A DNA stretch of 64,000 nt from Eledone cirrhosa (GCA_964016885.1 OZ024746.1:12462001-12526000); one strand, 5' to 3'; positions 29,674 to 42,501 are shown, numbered from the stretch's first letter. The notes: generated from the letters alone by a model not told the origin. Numbers and translations: made by a program.

Positions 29674-29720
29674 GTGTGTATGTGTGTATTTATGAATGTA
29701 TGTATTTATATATGTAGTTA
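28108..29720. repeat. Composite satellite with core tagatacataatctataatacata(ca)n(ta)n and tgcatgcgca spacers
   Basis: More than 20 copies of the core. It hosts family B and family A inserts, and related copies lie at about 22200 and 55690-55850 (-). Confidence 0.9.
28705..28738 (+). ncRNA. Minimal type I HHR, family B
   Basis: cac-CTGAAGA-a-gggc-ttat-gccc-GAAAC-GTC. Confidence 0.65.
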
Positions 29721-29939
29721 TGTATGTTGTATGTATATATGTATGTATGTATGTATGTGTGTGTGTGTGTGTGTGTGAGAGATAAATCGATCAATGTTTA
29801 TCTTTGCATATGTGTATATAAATGTGTTTCTAATTAGTGTATGTATTGTGTGTGTGAGTATATGTAAGTGTGAGTGTGTTTATATCGTGCTAATTCAGAA
29901 CTTCTTATGACACTCCAACACACACATACACACACATAC

Positions 29940-29980
<41 letters not shown>

Positions 29981-30252
29981 CTTCTTCTTCTTCTTCTTCT
30001 TCTTCTTCTTCTTCTTCTTCTTCTTCTTCTTCTTCTTCTTCTTCTTCTTCTTCTTCGTCTTCTTCTTCTTCTTCTTCTTCTTCTTCTTCTCCCACTCCTC
30101 TTCCTATTATTGTACCTGTATCATTGTCTCTAATCCCCGGTATCGAACTTCTAATCAATACGTTTAGATGTTTAGTGAACATCCTAATCAGTTAATGTTG
30201 AGGCCACCATATTTGTTACGCCGTCGCCATATTTGTTTCATTATTTCAGTTC

Positions 30253-30557
30253 GATAAAATAAAGTACCAGTAATACACTGGGATAATTGCTGGCATTGTG
30301 CCAAATGTAGAAACAATTATTTCAGGCCGTGGATTGGCAAAATCGGTAGAGGGTCGGACGCCATGCTTTCCAGCATAGTTACGTCCCTTTACGATCTGAG
30401 TTCAAATCCCGCCGTGGTTAACTTTGCCTTTCATCCTTACGGGGTCGATAAAATAAAGTACCAGTAATACACTGGGATAATTGGTGGGCTTGTGCCAAAA
30501 GTAGAAACAATTATTTCAGGTAAGTTTAATTTTCATTAGGATACATTATAGCGTAGC

Positions 30558-30607
<50 letters not shown>

Positions 30608-31130
30608 TACTATTGACTCCTGCATTTGTTTGTCCTTTCGAACTATATATATATATATATATATATGATGTGTATATATATATATATATACGTTATTCCA
30701 GGTTGAATCGGAGGTAACCACAGTAAGTAAGGTACTCAATACATTGCAGAGTATAAAAGTTTTAATATAGATGAGATTCTACAGGACTAGAACTGTTTCA
30801 TTCTTTAGAAATCATCAGGAATATATATATATATATATTATATATATATAATATATATTTGATATATATTTATCCTTATCGAACCCTCTTTGGATTTTAG
30901 TCTTCACACTTATTATTATTACTCATAGGGCGGTGGATCGGTGGATTGGCAGTATCAGTAGAGGGTCGGACGCCAAGCTTTGACGCATGGAGTTACGGCC
31001 CTTGCGATTCTGAGTTCAAATCCCGCCGAGGTTAACTTTGCCTTTCATCCTTACGGGGCCGATAAAATAAAGTACCAGTAATGTACTGGGTGATTGCTGG
31101 CCTTGTGCCAAAAGTAGAAACAATTATTAT
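30253..31130 (+). mobile_element. SINE copies (30253-30322 partial, 30328-30515, 30928-31130)
   Basis: Match the dominant SINE consensus. Confidence 0.85.
30690..30822 (-). mobile_element. Family D element with a complete type I HHR (30775-30822)
   Basis: attc-CTGATGA-t-ttc-taaa-gaa-t-GAA-ACAG-ttctagtc-CTGT-A-gaat, flanked by (TA)n. Confidence 0.75.
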
Positions 31131-31174
<44 letters not shown>

Positions 31175-31202
31175 CAAGAAATTAAATTAATTGATAGGTA
31201 TA

Positions 31203-31241
<39 letters not shown>

Positions 31242-31269
31242 CAAGAAATTAAATTAATTGATAGGTGTA

Positions 31270-31308
<39 letters not shown>

Positions 31309-31314
31309 AAGTTT

Positions 31315-31384
31315 GTCCTTCATCAGTGATCTTCCAACCATCATAGGCATTTCATCGCTTTAAAGACCATATACCTCCGGTTGG
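31315..31384 (-). ncRNA. Permuted hammerhead, family S copy
   Basis: ccaacc-gg-AGGTAT-A-TGGTCTT..t-GAA-ATGCCT..ggttgg-AAGATCA-CTGATGA-a. Confidence 0.65.
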
Positions 31385-31586
31385 TGCGAGCAACGGGTAA
31401 AAAAAGTCGTTGGGACACGTAAATAAAGGGGACGCGAGGGTAAACAAACAAAATGGTTTAAGCAACAGAAAGTGATGAAGAAAGAGACAAGTCCCAGATT
31501 TCTATGAATTTAAATTCGGTGAAATCGTGAACGAGAGAATAAAGACCATCAAACCTAACAAGAAATTAAATTAATTGATAGGTATA

Positions 31587-31641
<55 letters not shown>

Positions 31642-31669
31642 CAAGAAATTAAATTAATTGATAGGTATA

Positions 31670-31699
<30 letters not shown>

Positions 31700-31704
<5 letters not shown>

Positions 31705-32158
31705 AGTTATATTTAAAATTGTTGGGTTACAACTAGTAAATATTTATAACTGATATAAAAGCACTCGACAAATATTTGGAGTATATTTACAATATTAAAT
31801 AAATGGAAACTATATTTATAAAACCATATTTATTTCATTATATATATTTCAGGGATATCATATTAACAATATGCTATGCCTTCCTCAGACAAAATACAAT
31901 ATAAACAGTTTTATAGATAAATAAATTCGACATACCGTAATAACATCGACTTGCATTTGAAGAGGTTGATACTGCCATATCAACCTCTTCAAATGCAAGT
32001 CGATGTTATTACGGTATGTCGAATCTATTTATCTATAAAACTGTTTATATTGTATTTTGTCTGAGGAAGGCATAGCATATTGTTAATATGATATCCCTGA
32101 AATATATATAATGAAATAAATATGGTTTTATAAATATAGTTTCCATTTATTTAATATT
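31700..32158 (-). mobile_element. Family F foldback: 181-bp arms (31791-31971 / 31978-32158) plus a one-sided tail
   Basis: Near-perfect inverted repeat with a 6-nt loop and CTGAGGA..GAAA in each arm. Confidence 0.85.
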
Positions 32159-32403
32159 ATATATATATATATATCACTTCTCTTTGTCATCTTTCTTAAA
32201 TTTCTCTCTTTGTTTCCTTACTCTCCCAAACTCTCTATTTTGGTGCCAGTTTCTATCTGTCTTTTGTAATAAGTTCAAAATATGTACATATATATGTAGG
32301 AACGAGCGTGTCCGCGTATTTCTGTGTGGATTATGGAAAGAAAGAATTCGAGAATAACATATCTGTATATCTCAAATGTAAATAGCGGTATATACTTATG
32401 TGT

Positions 32404-32469
<66 letters not shown>

Positions 32470-32471
<2 letters not shown>

Positions 32472-32777
32472 GTAGGAGGTGAGTTTTATTGTAGTACAAT
32501 AAAGCAATGCAGATATCGGATAAGAAGCACTCTACAGTTTGTGGGACTGGAGTATAATATAAGATCAAAAGATGGTTAAAGGAGTTCCATATATTTTATT
32601 ATGCGCATTTCAAAAACAAACATCATCAAGCAATAATATTTGTGTTTTCATCAGATAATTGTTCTCCTGTTTTATCTGATGAAAACACAAATATTATTGC
32701 TTGATGATGTTTGTTTTTGAAATGCGCATAATAAAATATATGGAACTCCTTTAACCATCTTTTGATCTTATATTATA
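32470..32777 (-). mobile_element. Family H foldback: 106-bp arms (32553-32658 / 32672-32777), each holding a type I HHR
   Basis: ttttat-CTGATGA-long stem II-GAA-ATGCGCAT-A-ataaaa at 32670-32736. Related pieces at 4143-4197 and 4318-4387. Confidence 0.85.
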
Positions 32778-32795
32778 TATATATATATATATATA

Positions 32796-33045
32796 TGGAA
32801 AGTTATATTTAAATTGTTGGGTTACAACTAGTAAATATTTATAACTGATATAAAAGCACTCAACAAGTATTTGGAGTATATTTACGATATTAAATAAATG
32901 GAAACTATACTTATAAAACCATATTTATTTCATTATATATATTTCAGGGATATCATATTAACAATATTGTTAATATGATATCCCTGAAATATATATAATG
33001 AAATAAATATGGTTTTATAAATATAGTTTCCATTTATTTAATATC

Positions 33046-33048
<3 letters not shown>
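32796..33048 (-). mobile_element. Family F foldback, loopless palindrome 32883-33048
   Basis: The centre aacaat|attgtt at 32965/32966 lies within HHR stem II. Confidence 0.85.
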
Positions 33049-33137
<89 letters not shown>

Positions 33138-33407
33138 ATACACCAATTAAACAAAGTCACAGGTATATATGTGTTTTTTGCAACTTTTCACGATGTGGCT
33201 CAATGGAGAATTAATAAATTAATCAGAGCGAAATACTATAGACTAAAGCCTGTCCAGAGCCACGATGGAGTATTTATTTACTGTTTCTTCATAGATGCCT
33301 TTTATTCTTATAGCCTGGTCTAATTGATTTTTTGTGTGGTTAATTATGCTGATTGGAAGTAGAGATGATGTTTATATATTATCAAATAATTCTCTGGACA
33401 TGCTTTA

Positions 33408-33457
<50 letters not shown>

Positions 33458-33462
<5 letters not shown>

Positions 33463-33647
33463 AACCAGTAAGACCCCGACAGCTGAGCTCAAGCCGTTTC
33501 GACGTTTCTGAGTCCAGAATTAGCCGTCGAAACGGCTTGAGCTCAGCTGTCGGGGTCTTACTGGTTCCTATTATCCACTCTACTACCTCAAGTATTGAGT
33601 ACTTTGGTGCGTTATGGTCCACCTGGTTCCTTACCACATTTCCTTCG
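33458..33647 (+). mobile_element. Family A foldback (hairpin 33458-33571)
   Basis: Homologous to 815-1007 and flanked by (TA)n. Confidence 0.75.
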
Positions 33648-33670
33648 TTATATATATATATATATATATA

Positions 33671-33882
33671 GTTTTAATATAGATGAGATTCTACAGGACT
33701 AGAACTGTTTCATTCTTTAGAAATCATCAGGAATCTGGAAAGCCAGATTCCTGATGATTTCTAAAGAATGAAACAGTTCTAGTCCTGTAGAATCTCATCT
33801 ATATTAAAACTTTTATACTCTGCTATGTATTGAGTACCTTACTTACTGTGGTTACCTCCGATTCAACCCGGAATAACTTACC
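33671..33882 (+). mobile_element. Family D foldback: 68-bp arms with a complete HHR on each strand (33745-33795 +, 33686-33736 -)
   Basis: agattc-CTGATGA..GAA-ACAG/CTGT-A-gaatct, with a 4-nt loop aaag. Confidence 0.85.
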
Positions 33883-34203
33883 TATCTCTATATATATATT
33901 GTTATACTTGGGGAGGGTCATATTTGTGTAATAATATTGCCAGAATTAATAACAGAACACACTCACTGTTTGGTTGGTTTTCGCTTCTGTCTTTTATATC
34001 GGTTAATTTAATTTATTCGGTCCTCAATGTTACCATTGACTGACCAACGGTCAAAAATACAGATACAATATAGACACAAACACATATATATAGTCTAACA
34101 AAGTTCTTTTGTTGCACATCTGCAACATCGTCAGTGGTGCTATTATGTTTTCTCCCGTTGTATTGTATGCTTACGCCATCTTTATTTAGTCTGTTTATTT
34201 ATT

Positions 34204-34237
<34 letters not shown>

Positions 34238-34793
34238 TGTATGTATGTATGTATGTATGTATGTATGTATGTATGTATGTATGTCCCACTCTCTTAACCA
34301 AGATGATATTTACCAAAAAGAAGAACAAGTCAACATCATTGGATACCATCAGGGTTGCAGGCTTTGTGCAGTGCCTTTGATCACTATAAAAGCTTCACGG
34401 CACAGGCATTGCTTTATATCTGGAGATCTCTCTGCACTTGTCGTCACATGGTACCAAGGGCCCAGCACTATGTGTCAATAATTGTCACAAGTGTAGTGTT
34501 TGTACCAGAGTTTTCAAGTCGCTGGCTGGACTAAAAAGTCACACTCGTTCAGCACATCGGTAGGGGTTCTCCTACATGGATATAAAGTAGTGGCCGTACT
34601 CGAAAACGAGTTGGCAGCCACCATGTATGTGTGTATGTGTATGTATGTATGTATGTGTATGTGTATGTATGTATATGTGTGTGTGTGTGTGTGTGTATAC
34701 ATTAATATATATATATTTCATATATAATTATGGCGTTTGGTCTTCATCCAAAAATGTTACAATAAAGGAGAGAGAGAGAGAGAGTGAGAGAGA

Positions 34794-34824
<31 letters not shown>

Positions 34825-35381
34825 CTGTGCCAGTTGCCATTCCATTCCTTCTAATACGAAAGATTATTTAAGACGCTGCTATCGTGGCGGCTTCGTAGCA
34901 TAATTGGCGCATTCTTAACGGAATATACTTTCTTAGCGACATCAGAGCGTCTTAGACTAATCTCAAAACAAAGAATTCTCATCTCTGTGAGAGAGTGATA
35001 GCTAATCAAATAGAATGAAGAAGAATCTTGGAAAGAAAGGCAAAGAAGAATTAGGTAATCTTGGTGATATTATTATTTACGTTGATTTTCCCCGCTTTCA
35101 GAGAACAATTTATCTCGTGTTTATATCAATGATAGACTGATTGATTGAGATGGATGATGTGACGGATACCAACAACAGCACACACAGCGCTATATATATA
35201 ATCCAGAGAGAGAGAGAGAGATGGAAGGTCAGGTATATTAAACATTATTAAACTAGATATAGACTGACCACTTAAAATCGATCAAGTGTTGCCTTCTCAC
35301 ATGAAACTCGTAAAGTGGACTGAACTAATAATGTACACAATTTATCGGTGCATGCGTGCGTGTGTATGTGTATCTTCTTCT

Positions 35382-35612
35382 TCTTCTTCTTCTTCTTCTT
35401 GATAGGGTCGTGGGGGCAGAGTCCCCAAACACTCTGTCCAGTAGGTCCTGTCAGAAGCAACTGTTTCCAACTGATCCGACTGGATCCCCAAGTGAGACCA
35501 GCCAATCTCATAAATTTTATCCAACCATCTTGCTCCGGATGAACCTTTGGGTCTCCTGCTGGTTGGTTTTGCCCATAACATCTGTCCAGCGATTCTTTCT
35601 TGAGACATTCAG
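35382..35612 (-). mobile_element. RTE-clade LINE 3' end with a (GAA)n tail
   Basis: MSQERIAGQMLWAKPTSRRPKG..RWLD is typical of an RTE C-terminus. Homologous to 43500-43640. Confidence 0.75.
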
Positions 35613-35833
35613 TATCTTGAGATAATCAGTATCCAATAATAGACGATGTCTTGGTTTTACCTATCTATCTATCTATCTCTCTCTATCTCTATCTCCCCCC
35701 TCTCTCTATCTATATCTCCCTCCCCTCTCTCTCTATCTATCTATATGTAAAAGGTAAACAGAAATAACAACACAATCGGTACAGTATATGGAAGGGATAT
35801 ATTAGGTTAACGCTTGATACAGCAGGAAGAGGG

Positions 35834-35869
35834 TCTTAACGTTTCGGACGCTAGTCCTTCATCAGAAGA
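35834..35869 (-). ncRNA. Minimal type I HHR, family C (element about 35747-35961)
   Basis: tctt-CTGATGA-a-ggac-tagc-gtcc-GAAAC-GTT-aaga. Confidence 0.8.
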
Positions 35870-35995
35870 AAGAATGAGAAATAAGATAGATTGAGGGGTC
35901 GGGCGGGATGGAATTGGAAAAAATGTCTTTAGATAAAAATAACAGATCCATTCATGTTGACTTATCTATATATCTATATATCTATATATGTATAG

Positions 35996-36030
<35 letters not shown>

Positions 36031-36219
36031 GGCGCGCGCGCGCGTGCGGGCGCGAGTGGGTGTGTGTGTGTGTGTGTGCGTGTGTGTATGTGTATCTGTC
36101 TATCTACCTTCTCTCTATCTCTCTCTATTATATTCTTCACCCCAGTCTGCTGTCCTATCCAGGTGTTACTCTCCCTCTCACGTAAGTTGATGTCGAGCAA
36201 TATTTCCACCATTTTAAGT

Positions 36220-36842
36220 TGAGTCACTGCACAACTCTCTGTAGTGGTGGTGTTGAGTGTCTCACCTCTATGTCTCACCCCCCATAAGTCATAGTTGGGT
36301 CACTGCACGACTCTCTGCAGTGGTGGTGTTGAGTGTCTCACCTCTATGTCTCACCCCCCATAAGTCATAGTTGGGTCACTGCACGACTCTCTGCAGTGGT
36401 GGTGTTGAGTGTCTCACCTCTATGTCTCACCCCCCATAAGTCATAGTTGGGTCACTGCACGATTCTCTGTAGTGGTGGTGTTGAGTGTCTCACCTCTATG
36501 TCTCACCCCCCATAAGTCATAGTTGGGTCACTGCACAACTCTCTGTAGTGGTGGTGTTGAGTGTCTCACCTCTATGTCTCACCCCCCATAAGTCATAGTT
36601 GGGTCACTGCACGACTCTCTGCAGTGGTGGTGTTGAGTGTCTCACCTCTATGTCTCACCCCCCATAAGTCATAGTTGGGTCACTGCACAACTCTCTGTAG
36701 TGGTGGTGTTGAGTGTCTCACCTCTATGTCTCACCCCCCATAAGTCATAGTTGGGTCACTGCACGATTCTCTGCAGTGGTGGTGTTGAGTGCCCATGTCT
36801 CACCCCCATGTCTCACCCCCATGTCTCTCCCCCATAAGTCAT
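36220..36842. repeat. Minisatellite of about 76 bp, about 7.5 copies
   Basis: Unit ..gtggtggtgttgagtgtctcacctctatgtctcaccccccataagtcatagttgggtcactgcac.. Confidence 0.95.
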
Positions 36843-36944
36843 TAAACAGCTTTCTCTTGGTTTCGATTGTTGACTTGGGATTCTAATGATATTATAAACC
36901 TTTCCAAATGCCGCCCAGCCAAGCCATGCATGTCTCAAGCCCGG

Positions 36945-37155
36945 AACTGATTCCGGTTTCATTGACGTTTAAGCGGCTGCGAATACAAGGCTTATCCATG
37001 GACACGACGCCAGTCTGTCGTAGATTAACCTCCTATCTACAGTTGAGACTGGAACAACGGGAAATCAAGTTTTTTTCTCTTGTTCACGACACGCCATTTG
37101 TTCCGGGGATTGAACCCGCAACATTACGATCATAAGTCTAACATCTAACCACTAA
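36945..37155 (-). mobile_element. Another tRNA-headed SINE family
   Basis: The minus strand reads cttagtggttagatg..gcgggttcaatcccc (A and B boxes). Confidence 0.65.
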
Positions 37156-37194
37156 GATGCAGGCTTTCATCCACCACACACACACAGACACATT

Positions 37195-37306
<112 letters not shown>

Positions 37307-38047
37307 GGGGAAATGGAGAGACAGACAGACAGACAGACAGACATACAGACAGACAGACAGACTGTAATGCATTGCAAATAGCTTTGCTAGAATACCAATA
37401 AACCGGCCGGGATCAGCTGTTCGTATCTTGTCATAAGCGACTAAGGTGTATGTAAACACATTTAGCGTTGCCGTAAAGATGTGTGGAGTAATGTATAATT
37501 AATCTCAGTCATTATTTGCGAGAGAATCACTGGATTCTCTATGAAAGAATGATTGTATGGTGTATAAACGGGACAAAACAAAGCTTTTATATAGGATACA
37601 ATAACCTTGTAAGACAATGGCAATACAAACTGGGAAAAGCTCAGTTGACAGTAACATGTTGAAATCAATGTTGACCATCCATTTGTGTTCGATGACGATT
37701 GTTCCACTTATTTGACCAACAGAACTGCTCATGAAATTAAAGTGCAAGTGGGTGAGTATTCCATAGACACGTGCACTCTTAACTAGTTCTTAGGGTGATT
37801 CAGTCTGACATAGTGTGGGGTATGGCTGGTCATTTGATTCACATGTACGACTTATTTTTGACAGTCGTGTGGACTGAGTTCTTCCAGAGGAGGAGGAGAG
37901 AGAAAGAGAGAGCGAGAGGGGGGGGGGGGGAATTGACCACAGTACTAGTTCTTTATTTAGCGATCTCAAAAAGAGCACAGTGAACCAGAAAAAAAAGAGA
38001 GAGATTTTATCCGACTGCCTAACGACTCCGATACTTAAACAATTATA

Positions 38048-38236
38048 TTGTGGATTGGCAGTATTGGTAGAGGGTCGGGCGCCATGCCTTGAAGCATAGA
38101 GTTACCTCCCTTTATGATCTGAGTTCAAATCCCGCCGAGGTTAACTTTGCCTTTCATCCTTACGGGGTCGATAAAATAAAGTACCAGTAATGCACTGGGT
38201 AATTGGTGGCCTGGTGCCAAAAGTAGAAACAATTAT
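38048..38236 (+). mobile_element. SINE copy
   Basis: Matches the dominant SINE consensus. Confidence 0.9.
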
Positions 38237-38877
38237 ATTGTATACGTATTTGTCTCTGCATCGACTACAAATCCCATGCAGGGCGAGATTAACCATTAAG
38301 CAAAATTAAGAACAGGGTTAGATCATCAAGGGAGATGATGATGATACCATACATACTATACCATACAATGCCATATATACAATACCATGCCATACCATAC
38401 CATATAATAACATATACCAATATCATAACACACTGTACCATACAATACCATACCATACCATGTCATACAATATACGATATCATTCCATACAGGTACCATA
38501 GCATACCATGTCATACGATATCATATACCATATCATACCATACAGTATCATACCATACACCATATCATACCATACAGTACCATACCATATCAAATTAAAT
38601 TCATTTGTCCTAACCCCCTTCCCACCCCACCCTATTTATTCTTTTGAAGATTTTATATAGAAATGTAAGTTACCATAATCTTGTACGTGCTTTGAGCTTC
38701 ATAAAAACTTCATCTGACTCAGGCAATGTGTAAAATATATTGCTTGAGATTCACCAAAGCATTATATGGGCAATTACCTGCCAGAACTGTATTCGTCACA
38801 CTTATTAGTAGCATCTACTTCAGCAATGCAGGTAGGTATAGAAATGAGTGTAATAATTGCATGAATGCAGACATAAA

Positions 38878-39524
38878 AATATGTGCAGATATAGAAATAT
38901 TGCAGTAAATGCAGTTAACAAATGTGTGCAGATATAGAAATATTGCAGTAAATGTAGTTAACAAATGTGTGCAGATATAGAAATATTGCAGTAAATGTAG
39001 TTAACAAATATGTGCAGATATAGAAATATTGCAGTAAATGCAGTTAACAAATGTGTGCAGATATAGAAATATTGCAGTAAATGTAGTTAACAAATATGTG
39101 CAGATATAGAAATATTGCAGTAAATGCAGTTAACAAATGTGTGCAGATATAGAAATATTGCAGTAAATGTAGTTAACAAATGTGTGCAGATATAGAAATA
39201 TTGCAGTAAATGCAGTTAACAAATATGTGCAGATATAGAAATATTGCAGTAAATGTAGTTAACAAATGTGTGCAGATATAGAAATATTGCAGTAAATGCA
39301 GTTAACAAATGTGTGCAGATATAGAAATATTGCAGTAAATGCAGTTAACAAATATGTGCAGATATAGAAATATTGCAGTAAATGTAGTTAACAAATGTGT
39401 GCAGATATAGAAATATTGCAGTAAATGCAGTTAACAAATGTGTGCAGATATAGAAATATTGCAGTAAATGCAGTTAACAAATGTGTGCAGATATAGAAAT
39501 ATTGCAGTAAATGCAGTTAACAAA
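38878..39524. repeat. 43-bp minisatellite, about 15 copies
   Basis: Unit gcagatatagaaatattgcagtaaatgYagttaacaaatRtgt. Confidence 0.95.
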
Positions 39525-39611
39525 GGCAGTTTTTCTATGTATATTTCATTTTTATGAGAGACAGCTTGAGAAGTATAAATGGATGATTTATATAACTGAC
39601 ATTAATAATAA

Positions 39612-39800
39612 GGCGGTAGATTGGCAGTATCGGTAGAGAGTTGGACGCCATGCTTTGACGAATAGAGTTACGGCCCTTGCCATTCTGCGTTCAAATCCCG
39701 CCGAGGTTAACTTTGCCTTTCATCCTTACGGGGTCGATAAAATAAAGTACCAGTAATGTACTGGTAATTTGCTGGCCTTGTGCTAAAAGTAGAAACAATT
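39612..39800 (+). mobile_element. SINE copy
   Basis: Matches the dominant SINE consensus. A partial minus copy is at 40060-40155. Confidence 0.9.
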
Positions 39801-40534
39801 AATAATAAGGTTTTAATTTAACACAGACACACACACAGACACAGACACACACACAAAAGTAGAAACAATTATTATAAACAATTGGGGGCCCACACGCTGG
39901 CCACCCCGCGGACAGAAGGCGTTTCCCCGGAGGATGGTGAGAGAGATGTGCTAGAAGACCCATTCCAGCTCACGAGGCTCACACCTGCAGATAGCCAAGT
40001 GGCAGAACTGTCAGTGGGTTCAACAAAATGCTTTGTTGTATTTGTATAAAATTGTATAAACCTCGGCGGTATTTGAACTCAGATCGTAAAGAGCCGTAAC
40101 TCAATGCTGGAAAACCTGGCACCCGACCCTCTACCGATACCGCCAATCCAACCAATTGCTTATAATAATGAGAGATGGGGAGAGTGTGAGAAAGAGAGGC
40201 AGTGACAATGGGAGCTTTGTGCTCGGACCTGATGTATTTCAGACTCACACGGGGTCAGCAAAGAGATGCAACAACTTAAAATGTAAGCTTGCTTTCGTTA
40301 TGGAATTTCCCCATTTATTCTGCCAGTTGTCAGGTACTTTGATTTAGCGACCCTGAGAGGATGAAACTTACAATAGACCTCGATGGGCTAAGAATCAGAA
40401 CAAATACCACAAGATGGCGCTCATACAATTGTGTCAATTCACGGCATCCCTTCCTTCCATTATCAATCAAGTAATGAGGTTTACAGCTTCCCACAAATGT
40501 TTGACCTTGAGCCTCTGTTAGAATGCAATATTTT

Positions 40535-40535
40535 C

Positions 40536-40603
<68 letters not shown>

Positions 40604-40828
40604 CACCACTACCCTTACTACTACTACTACCACCACCCCACCCCCACCATCACCACCACTACTACTACCACCACCACCACCACCACTACTACTACTACTA
40701 CTACCACCACCACCACCACTACTACTACTACCACCACCACCACCACCACCACCACCACTACCACCACCACTACTACTACCACCACCACCACCACCACCAC
40801 CACCACTACTACTACTACTACCACCACC

Positions 40829-40879
<51 letters not shown>

Positions 40880-40984
40880 CCTACCCCCACTGCTACTACT
40901 ACTACTACTACCCCCACCCCCACCCCCACCCCCACCCCCACCCCCACCCCACCCCCACCCCCACCCCCACCACTACTACCACTT

Positions 40985-41056
<72 letters not shown>

Positions 41057-41057
41057 T
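40535..41057. repeat. (CTA/CCA)n and (CCCCAC)n compound microsatellite
   Basis: Read directly from the sequence. Confidence 0.95.
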
Positions 41058-41320
41058 TGTTGTGTAGGCCAGGGTCAGCTTCACATATGAGGATTTTTGA
41101 GATTTTAGATAATTTGTGAGCATGTTTTGATTGTGTGCTTGTGTGAATATGTGTATGTGTGGGTGTTTGAGAAAAAGAGAGGAAGAAGTGTAGGGGTGAG
41201 AGAGAAGGGGGAAAGAGGGAAAGAGAGAAACAGAGAGAAAAAGAGAGAGAGATAGAGAGAGAGAGAAAGAGAGAGCGAGTGAGTAAGAAAGAGAGAGAGA
41301 GTAAGAGATAGGGAGAGAGA

Positions 41321-41361
<41 letters not shown>

Positions 41362-41479
41362 TGTATGTGTGAAGGTGAAATGCGATGTCCTAGAATTTAT
41401 CACTTACAATATGTAGTTCCTTCCTACTGTTTTAGAGACTGAAGGAAGAATGGTGCAGCATGGAGACAAGGAGGGGGTA

Positions 41480-42285
41480 GTGAGAGAGAGAGAGAAAGAG
41501 TGTATGTGAGAGAGAGAGTGAGAGAGATAAAGAGAGAGGGGTGAACGAGAGAGCAAGCGAGAGGAGAGAGAGAGAGTGTGTGAGAGAGAGAGAGTGAGAG
41601 AGATAAAGAGAGAGGGGTGAACGAGAGAGCAAGCGAGAGGAGAGAGAGAAAGAGAGTGTGTGAGAGAGAGATAGTGAGTGAGAGAGATAAAGAGAGAGGG
41701 GTGAACGAAAGAGCAAGCGAGAGGAGAGAGTTTTTTTTTTGGGGGGGGGGGGGGGGCTGAGAGAGATAAAGAGAGAGGGGTGAACGAGAGAACAAGCGAG
41801 AGGAGAGAGAGAGAAAGATAAAGAGAGAGGGGTGAACGAGAGAGCAAGCGAGAGGAGAGAGAGAAAGAGAGAGTGTGTGTGAGAGAGAGATAGTGAGTGA
41901 GAGAGATAAAGAGAGAGGGGTGAACGAAAGAGCAAGCGAGAGGAGAGAGTGTGTGGGGGGGGGGCTGAGAGAGATAAAGAGAGAGGCGTGAACGAGAGAG
42001 AAAGCGAGAGGAGAGAGAGAGAGTGTATGGGGGGAAGTGTGAGAGAGAGTGAGAGAGATAAAGAGAGAGGGGGTGAACGAGACAGCAAGCGAGAGGAGAG
42101 TGAGAAAGAGAGAGTGTGTGTGTGTAGGAGGGGTGAGAGAGATAAAGAGAGAGGCGTGAACGAGAGAGAAAGCGAGAAGAGAGAGAGAGTGTGTATGTGC
42201 GGGGGGGGGGTGAGAGAGATAAAGAGAAAGGGGTGAACGAGAGAGAAAGCGAGAGGAGAGAGAGAAGGAGAAAGAAAGAGAGAGA
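41480..42285. repeat. (GA)n-derived minisatellite with a recurring gataaagagagaggggtgaacgagagagcaagcgagagg core, about 10 copies
   Basis: Read directly from the sequence. Confidence 0.9.
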
Positions 42286-42501
42286 AAAATTTGGTGGGAG
42301 AAATTCGGCTGCTGCGTTCACCATGTTGAGTGACTGCAATAGAGAAGTCTGCTAGTTGATAGAATGGAAGGAGGAGAGGAGGAGTAAAGAAATTAATGGT
42401 GGTGGCGGTAGTGGTAGGAGTGGGGGGTTGTAATGGCGATAGTAGTTGTAAAGGAGGGATAGTGAGAAGAGAAACTGTGAGAGGGGAACGTGAGAATGTG
42501 T

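Noticed and set aside
31321-31352. Ordinary type II reading of the family S motif (GAAA-tgcc-TA-tgat..atca-CTGATGA)
   Set aside because: The UH is lost in the 22.1 and 51.9 kb copies and stem II cannot form. The pseudoknotted fold explains the covariation better.
31791-32158. Foldbacks as MITEs or pre-miRNAs
   Set aside because: They have one-sided tails, variable turn-around points, and unfolded copies of the same families exist. This does not fit TIR elements or miRNA genes.
40431-42339. Poly-P/T and LS-rich ORFs
   Set aside because: Trinucleotide and (GA)n repeat artefacts. The same applies to the YI, CV and HT ORFs throughout the window.
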